DNA from: Candidatus Freyarchaeum deiterrae
Lineage (GTDB): Archaea; Asgardarchaeota; Jordiarchaeia; Jordiarchaeales; Jordiarchaeaceae
Assembly: GCA_037305845.1 (NCBI GenBank)
Contig: CP147778.1
Coordinates: 3,200,001-3,264,000 of the forward strand
Reading direction: 5' to 3'
DNA: 64,000 nt
Both the position numbers and the translations under genes were made by a program. Below the pieces are notes generated by a model. It was not told the origin of the DNA. It worked only from the letters and a program-made list of their open reading frames with translations, and made no database searches. Numbering within the stretch: the first letter of the stretch is position 1; each line of letters starts with the position of its first letter. Of this stretch, positions 58,381-64,000 are shown piece after piece.

Positions 58381-61292
58381 ACTTTTCCACCTCTTTCATT
58401 TTTTTGGTTCATTGAAAGCGTGATAGTGAAGGTTGTACCCTTTCCCTCTTGGCTCTTAACAGAGATTGCGCCCCCATGCGCTTCCACTACACGTTTACAA
58501 ATGGACAAGCCTAGCCCTATTCCCTTCGCTTTGGTCGTGAAGAGAGGCTTGAACATTTTTTCAATATTTTCTTTTGGTATTCCTATTCCAGTATCAGTAA
58601 GAGATATTTCCATATTGCCATTTGCTTCCCCGCTTTTAATTGTGAGTTCGCCTCCTCTCGGCATAGCGTCAATTGCATTTTGGATGATGTTCATAAAGAC
58701 TCTATGCATTTTTTGCTCGTCAACCATTATCTTCGGCTGGTCAGTAGTGAAGTCTAATAATTTTATATATTCTGGAACATTGATGAGAGTTAGCGTGTCG
58801 TTTAAGAGTCGTTTTGGAGTAGTCTCAGTTAATTCAAGCTGTATCTCTTTCGAGTATTCCAAAAGCTCGGTTACAATTTTGTTTGAGTACTTTACATTTT
58901 TTTCGATAGTCTCCAATAACTCTATTAATCTTTCGTCCTTTAGGGGTGATAACTTCCTTTTCAGAATATATGAGACTCCTGAAATGCCTGTTAATGGATT
59001 ACGCAGATCATGCCCCACCATCGCTGCGAATTCCCCGATAGCGGCCAACCGCTCAGCTCTAATAAACCGATCCTGCGCTTCCATCAATTCTTTTGTTTTA
59101 TCCGCAACTAACTCCTCCAAGTGCTCCGAGTACTCTCTTAGTTTCTCTTCTGCCTCCCTCAACTGAGCAGTAATCATCGCCTTTCCGGCTGACATAGCTA
59201 CACTAGAGGCTGTGCTTTCCAGAAACTGAATCGTTTCCAGAGGCACCATATTTTCACTCTCATCGGCTAAATAAATAAACCCTATGATTCGGCTTACGAG
59301 CCTTATAGGAATCACAGATACAGACTCATAGCCAGAAAGACTGCAAATGGGATCCCGCTCTCCTTTTCTCTCACAAAACTCTGCCCGAAACTTGCTCATT
59401 CCATTGCTATAAAATGATCCGTTAACCGTGTAGAAAGAATTAGTATCATAATCACCCTCGGCCATGTTGACACACGTTACTTTTTCTTTTTTTATACATA
59501 GTTGGCTAATGTTATTATAGGATTCAGTGGTGAAGCCGGTGTACACTTCGTAATAATTGTTCCCTTGTGTATTCAGGATTCGGATGCCGACGCTGTTACA
59601 GCGGGTATAACTTTTAATGATTTCTACAGCTTCATCTAAGCCCATATCCATATTAGTTGAACGAACCAAAATCTTGAGGATAGAGGAATGTGCATTCTGT
59701 TGCTCTTCCATTCTCTTATGCTCGGTGATGTCATCAAACACTGTGAGAATGGTATTCTTGTCACTCATTATCAACGGGGACATAGTCAAATTAACATAAT
59801 GAGTTGTGTTGTCTTTATGTTTTAATTCCACCCCGAAGTCACGTATGAAACCATTATCTTGTAGCCGTTTCAAGAGCAGCTTACGTTCCTCAGGGTTCTT
59901 GTAGATTTTTGCTAGGTTGATCTGCTCTAATTCCGTTCCCCGGTAGCCGGTTATCTGGCACATGGCGTCATTGTAAGCTAAAGCCTGGCCATCCATAGTT
60001 GCCAGGCCGACACCCACTGGCAAGTTCTCGAAAAGGGTGCGATAACGGAGTTCCGATTCCTGCAGAGTCGTCTCCATCTGCTTACGTTCTGTAATATCTT
60101 GAATTTGAGTCAAATAACCTAAAAGCCTTTTTTCTTTCATTATGGGGGTAAGCGTAATATAAAAAAACGCGATTCCGGTTTTCGATGTTTCGTATGATTT
60201 CGTTTCCCTAATTTTGTCAAAATCATAGGGAGCCTCAGATTTTACCGTTTCGTCGTTGAGGATGCTCTTTTTCAAGTTAAGTGGTATATTGGGATCCTTT
60301 AGGAGTTTGAGCCCCTTTATTTTCTCGACATCAGACACGCCGAGTATGTTCAAGCATGCTTTGTTCGCGTTAATCAATCGGATATTGGAATCAAAAAGTA
60401 TAATTCCGATAGGTGATTCCTCAAATATATTTTTGAATTTCTCCTCACTCGCCTGCAGTGCGTCTTCAATCCGCTTGCGTTCGGTAATGTCTCTGAGTAT
60501 GCCTTCGACTGCAATGAGTTTTCCAGTCCCATCATAGACGGGAACGTTTATCTGTTCGGTTACTCTGAGGTTTCCCTCCCTGTTGAAGTACCTAAGCTCC
60601 AACAGCTGCGATTTACGATGCTCACTAAGATCTTCAAAGAACCTTTGGAGCTTGGAGAGATCTTCTGGATGCACAGATTTGTAGAAGAGGTCAGGATGAG
60701 TGTAAAGCTCCAAAGGCGTATAGCCGATAATCTCTTTCGAAGCTGGGTTCACATAATCAAACCCCCCATTCTCCACCGAGATCCTGTAGATCATGTCCTG
60801 CGCTTTTTCCGCAAATAGGGGAATTATCTCCGCAAATCCAGTTAGAGCTTCATTCTTCTTTCCACTGATGTCTCTCACTACATTGACCCAGCCTATTTGC
60901 TCCCTCTCCTCGTTCAACAGCCGGGACAATGTGTTTTCTGTAGCGAAGATTGTTCCATCCTTACGCTTCATATGATACTCGGGGAAGAATAAGGATAGTT
61001 TGTTCTCTTTCACCGTTTTGTATAGAAGAGATCGGAACTCTCTGTACTTTTCCAAGTTCACATGGAGAAAGGCGGCTTGCTTACCCAGCATCTCCAACTT
61101 TTCATAGCCGAACATAGCAGATGCCGTATCGTTGCATTCGAGTATGGTCTGGGGATCCCCGGCATCAAGGATGAAAACGGCATCAGTAAAACTGTTGAAG
61201 GCTATCTGTAGCAAGTCTGCAGGATAGCGAGACAATGTGCTTGAAAGGTTTTCATCCAATTTCAGTCTTTGCTCGGTTTTCTCTTTAGTCAT
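58377..61292 (-). CDS. Cytoplasmic multi-PAS/GAF sensor histidine kinase
   Basis: About four PAS domains (RDIS/RDITE/QDITE/DDITE), GAF, HDLRNPL, NAIDA, DTGIG, GIGLGL. Confidence 0.93.
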   Translation of the reverse strand: MTKEKTEQRLKLDENLSSTLSRYPADLLQIAFNSFTDAVFILDAGDPQTILECNDTASAMFGYEKLEMLGKQAAFLHVNLEKYREFRSLLYKTVKENKLSLFFPEYHMKRKDGTIFATENTLSRLLNEEREQIGWVNVVRDISGKKNEALTGFAEIIPLFAEKAQDMIYRISVENGGFDYVNPASKEIIGYTPLELYTHPDLFYKSVHPEDLSKLQRFFEDLSEHRKSQLLELRYFNREGNLRVTEQINVPVYDGTGKLIAVEGILRDITERKRIEDALQASEEKFKNIFEESPIGIILFDSNIRLINANKACLNILGVSDVEKIKGLKLLKDPNIPLNLKKSILNDETVKSEAPYDFDKIRETKSYETSKTGIAFFYITLTPIMKEKRLLGYLTQIQDITERKQMETTLQESELRYRTLFENLPVGVGLATMDGQALAYNDAMCQITGYRGTELEQINLAKIYKNPEERKLLLKRLQDNGFIRDFGVELKHKDNTTHYVNLTMSPLIMSDKNTILTVFDDITEHKRMEEQQNAHSSILKILVRSTNMDMGLDEAVEIIKSYTRCNSVGIRILNTQGNNYYEVYTGFTTESYNNISQLCIKKEKVTCVNMAEGDYDTNSFYTVNGSFYSNGMSKFRAEFCERKGERDPICSLSGYESVSVIPIRLVSRIIGFIYLADESENMVPLETIQFLESTASSVAMSAGKAMITAQLREAEEKLREYSEHLEELVADKTKELMEAQDRFIRAERLAAIGEFAAMVGHDLRNPLTGISGVSYILKRKLSPLKDERLIELLETIEKNVKYSNKIVTELLEYSKEIQLELTETTPKRLLNDTLTLINVPEYIKLLDFTTDQPKIMVDEQKMHRVFMNIIQNAIDAMPRGGELTIKSGEANGNMEISLTDTGIGIPKENIEKMFKPLFTTKAKGIGLGLSICKRVVEAHGGAISVKSQEGKGTTFTITLSMNQKNERGGKV

Positions 61293-61355
61293 TTTAGTTT
61301 TCCTTCAATTTCTTAAATGCATTCAAACTTCTGTCTTTGCCGGTATTGTTTTCCT

Positions 61356-61694
61356 TCAAGTTTGCCGTTTTCTCAATTCCTTTATGTAATCAAAAAAGTC
61401 GTAGTTTTTTTTCTCCTCAAAATTCAAATCAAACGTCGAGTACAAATTTTTTAGAATCATAAGCTCAACGATTTTGGAAGAAATCCCTATAAGATTCCGC
61501 AAAGCTTCTACAAAAACCTTAACTCTCTCGGGGTCTTCTTCCCACTTTGAAGGAACACTCTTCTTTGCATAAATAATAATAACATTAGCAGCCCCACCCC
61601 CTAGAACCTTTTTCAAAACACTGTCTATTGTTTGCAGAATTGCCTTTTCAAATTCCTCACCCTTTGAAAAATTGAGAGAGTCTTGGGATACCAT
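61356..61694 (-). CDS. Small DUF3227/NitrOD-like helical protein associated with archaeal signalling loci
   Basis: ID.VL..VLG..A..I...F..AL..LIG..SK.VE..IL..LY pattern; upstream of the kinase. Confidence 0.55.
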   Translation of the reverse strand: MVSQDSLNFSKGEEFEKAILQTIDSVLKKVLGGGAANVIIIYAKKSVPSKWEEDPERVKVFVEALRNLIGISSKIVELMILKNLYSTFDLNFEEKKNYDFFDYIKELRKRQT

Positions 61695-62550
61695 TATATA
61701 TACTTCCTAATCGCTTTCTTAAAGTAAATTGCAATATTACGTTCAAATATTGCTTTAATTTGCTTTCCCTATAGTCTATTTAGACTTTGAACGCTTTTAA
61801 ATCTTATCAGATTGCTGTTGTCCTGTTTCTTAATTATTTCTTTTTACTTTGAAAATAGTTTCATCCTCTATCCATTCGAGCTTATAGAAGTTTTAGCAAA
61901 GTTAAAAGCTTTAATCACCGAATGAATGCGCGGATTTTAAACATAAAAAAAGAAATAAGGCTACGTCTGTAAATCCGGCTTCAGCTCTCGAATGCGTGAA
62001 AGCCAATAATTAGACTGCGGCACGCCCTCGCTCCTTTGTACAGAATATAACCCTGCTGCTCAACAAGTTGAGAGTACTAATCCTTGATAATACGAATTCT
62101 TCAAAAAGCGCCTATTGGATTCAAAAACCGGTTAAAGTGATAATATTTAAATATGTAAAAACAAATAATTATTTGCCTTTTGGCTTGAATAAATCCAGGT
62201 GTGGGGAGAAAGCCCCTAATAAGGGTTCTAAAAAATAACCAAATTTTCAACCTCACACAAGACGGATTTTTAGGAATTCTCTACTTATTTCTAGAAAAAT
62301 AATCGAAGTGTGTACCCTAAAAAAATTTGTATTCTTTTCCTTCCATTAGCTCCAATTACTTGTTTCCAAACGCTAGTATTAGGGAATTTATTTTATATTT
62401 AATTGGAGACTAGAAACCTTAGATAGTTTTAAGCATTTATCTTGTCAGCTCCAAAAATTTTTTAATAATAGATTTTCACTATAACTGGTAATCTAAACGA
62501 ATTTTCAGAGTATTAGGATTTGTCATAGATAGCTGTTGGGAGGAATTTTC

Positions 62551-63093
62551 ATGATGCCGATTGGTCCATTGATGATAGAACATAGGCTGATTGAACGCAT
62601 GGTTAAGACGATAAAGGGAGAGCTTCGGAAAATAAGCGAAGAAAACGAAGTAAACGTAATTTTCATTGATACCGCAGTAGACTTTTTCAGAACATATGCC
62701 GATAGATGCCATCACGGCAAAGAAGAGGATATTCTCTTCAGAGATCTTGCTAAGAAACCGCTTTCCCCTGAGCGCAAAAAAACAATGCAAGAATTGGTGG
62801 AGGAACATATTCACGCGAGGAAGACCGTAGGCAGGCTGGTCGACGCCAAAGAAAAATACCTGCAACACGACAATAACGCCATTGAGGACATTGCAGCAAT
62901 AATGAGCGAGTTGTGTGAATTTTATCCGAAGCATATCGAAAAGGAAGATAAACACTTTTTCATCCCAGTTATGAAATATTTCAGTAAACAGGAACAGGAC
63001 GACATGCTTCAGGAATTCTGGGAGTTTGACAAGAACCTGATCCACGAAAAATACAAAACGGTAGTAGAAAAACTAGAAGGAAAAAAACAATAA
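62551..63093 (+). CDS. Hemerythrin-like (HHE) domain protein
   Basis: EHRLI, HHGKEEDILF, EEH, HIEKED. Confidence 0.9.
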   Translation: MMPIGPLMIEHRLIERMVKTIKGELRKISEENEVNVIFIDTAVDFFRTYADRCHHGKEEDILFRDLAKKPLSPERKKTMQELVEEHIHARKTVGRLVDAKEKYLQHDNNAIEDIAAIMSELCEFYPKHIEKEDKHFFIPVMKYFSKQEQDDMLQEFWEFDKNLIHEKYKTVVEKLEGKKQ

Positions 63094-63307
63094 GCATCAA
63101 AGAAGCACAAAATTCCTTTCTCTTCCTCGAAATTTTTCCGATTCCTGTTAAAAAGCACCGCAAACGTATTTGACCGGTCGAGTTCCCAATATGAGATTAT
63201 GAACTGACTTCGGACTCTGATAGTTTGTTTGTAATAAACTGGAAGATATGTTTAAATGTATAAAAAATTCAGTTTTTCGAAAACAACCTTTTTGTCGGTG
63301 AGGTAAA

Positions 63308-64000
63308 ATGAAGAAGGTTTTGGGAGAAGGATCACAACCCAAATTCTCAGTTAAAGTGGATAAGGATGTTTCTATTAAGATGCGAGACGGCGTCAAACTT
63401 GCGGCAGATGTATACCGACCGGATGCTGCTGGAAAATTTCCAGCGCTTCTCTCAGTGTCACCATACGATAAAGACATTCAGAATTTTTCCCAAGATTCAA
63501 AGGGCATAGAAAATTTGCGAAAGGACCCGGAAGGCTTTATGAAGCTTGCTTCTATCGAAGCCGGCAATAGTGAATATTTTGTGAAAAGAGGCTACGTGCA
63601 CGTGATCGCAAACGCGAGAGGCAGCTTCAAATCCGAGGGCGAGTATCAAGGCACATTTTCTACACAGGAGCAGAAGGACGGCTACGACCTCATAGAATGG
63701 ATCGCCCGCCAACCGTGGTGCAACAGAAAAGTTGGAATGGTGGGAGTATCCTACTACGCAATTATCCAGTATCTGATAGCTTCAATGAACAGACCACCAC
63801 CACACCTCAAAGCAATTTTTCCCCTAGACGGATTCACAGACCTCTACCGAGACCTAGCATACCACGGAGGAATCTGCAACACCGGATTTCCACTAGCATG
63901 GTTCAAGCCATTAAAAGGAAAAATCAAAACTAAACCCCAGGCACTAAAAATATTGGGAAATAAACTAAAGAAAGCTGTCCAAGAACTCTTAGAGAGCGAC
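63308..64000 (+). CDS. CocE/NonD (S15-like) serine hydrolase, 3'-truncated by the window edge; absent from the ORF track
   Basis: ATG 63308: MRDGVKLAADVYRP...PY.K, RGSFKSEG, DGYDLIEWIARQPW, GMVGVSY. Confidence 0.9.
   Translation, partial: MKKVLGEGSQPKFSVKVDKDVSIKMRDGVKLAADVYRPDAAGKFPALLSVSPYDKDIQNFSQDSKGIENLRKDPEGFMKLASIEAGNSEYFVKRGYVHVIANARGSFKSEGEYQGTFSTQEQKDGYDLIEWIARQPWCNRKVGMVGVSYYAIIQYLIASMNRPPPHLKAIFPLDGFTDLYRDLAYHGGICNTGFPLAWFKPLKGKIKTKPQALKILGNKLKKAVQELLESD

Noticed and set aside
58420-59166. Long antisense ORF, and the many other antisense or nested ORFs in the track
   Set aside because: Shadows of well-supported genes; no motifs or independent signals
61960-62125. Coding-like intergenic stretch
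   Set aside because: No sustained frame or recognisable motif

Overview
AT-rich archaeal chromosomal window, most likely from an Asgard archaeon. This is inferred from a longin-like domain protein, a crenarchaeal-type SSB, archaeal BRE/TATA promoters, MtrH, a TIGR04084-like radical SAM and an MNT/HEPN pair; the exact lineage cannot be fixed. No rRNA, tRNA or CRISPR array was seen. Content: (1) anaerobic B12/radical metabolism, with a methyltransferase plus corrinoid protein, a QueG/RdhA-like Fe-S protein between two flavodoxins, a glycyl radical enzyme, two acyl-CoA mutase large subunits with non-MCM active-site residues, an acyl-CoA ligase and MtrH. (2) Many local paralogue expansions: two beta-helix surface proteins, three V4R/MetOD-like proteins, two flavodoxins, three SRPBCC proteins, three double-domain pseudo-KaiC proteins and two SDRs. 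(3) A KaiC-like ATPase / response regulator / PAS-GAF kinase cluster. (4) Two IS200/IS605 TnpB relics. Best candidates for new biology: a tandem trio of catalytically dead double-KaiC proteins sharing an invariant KFCRRAFRYHK motif; membrane-anchored beta-helix proteins whose repeats vary in an NNC-codon pattern between conserved structured flanks (the leader motif has an orphan third copy); a promoter-linked K-turn RNA with CCUCCU (anti-SD-like) tracts; and a full-ended IS carrying a RuvC-I D-to-N TnpB inserted after codon 2 of a host gene. All family assignments are by eye from motifs; no database searches were run.
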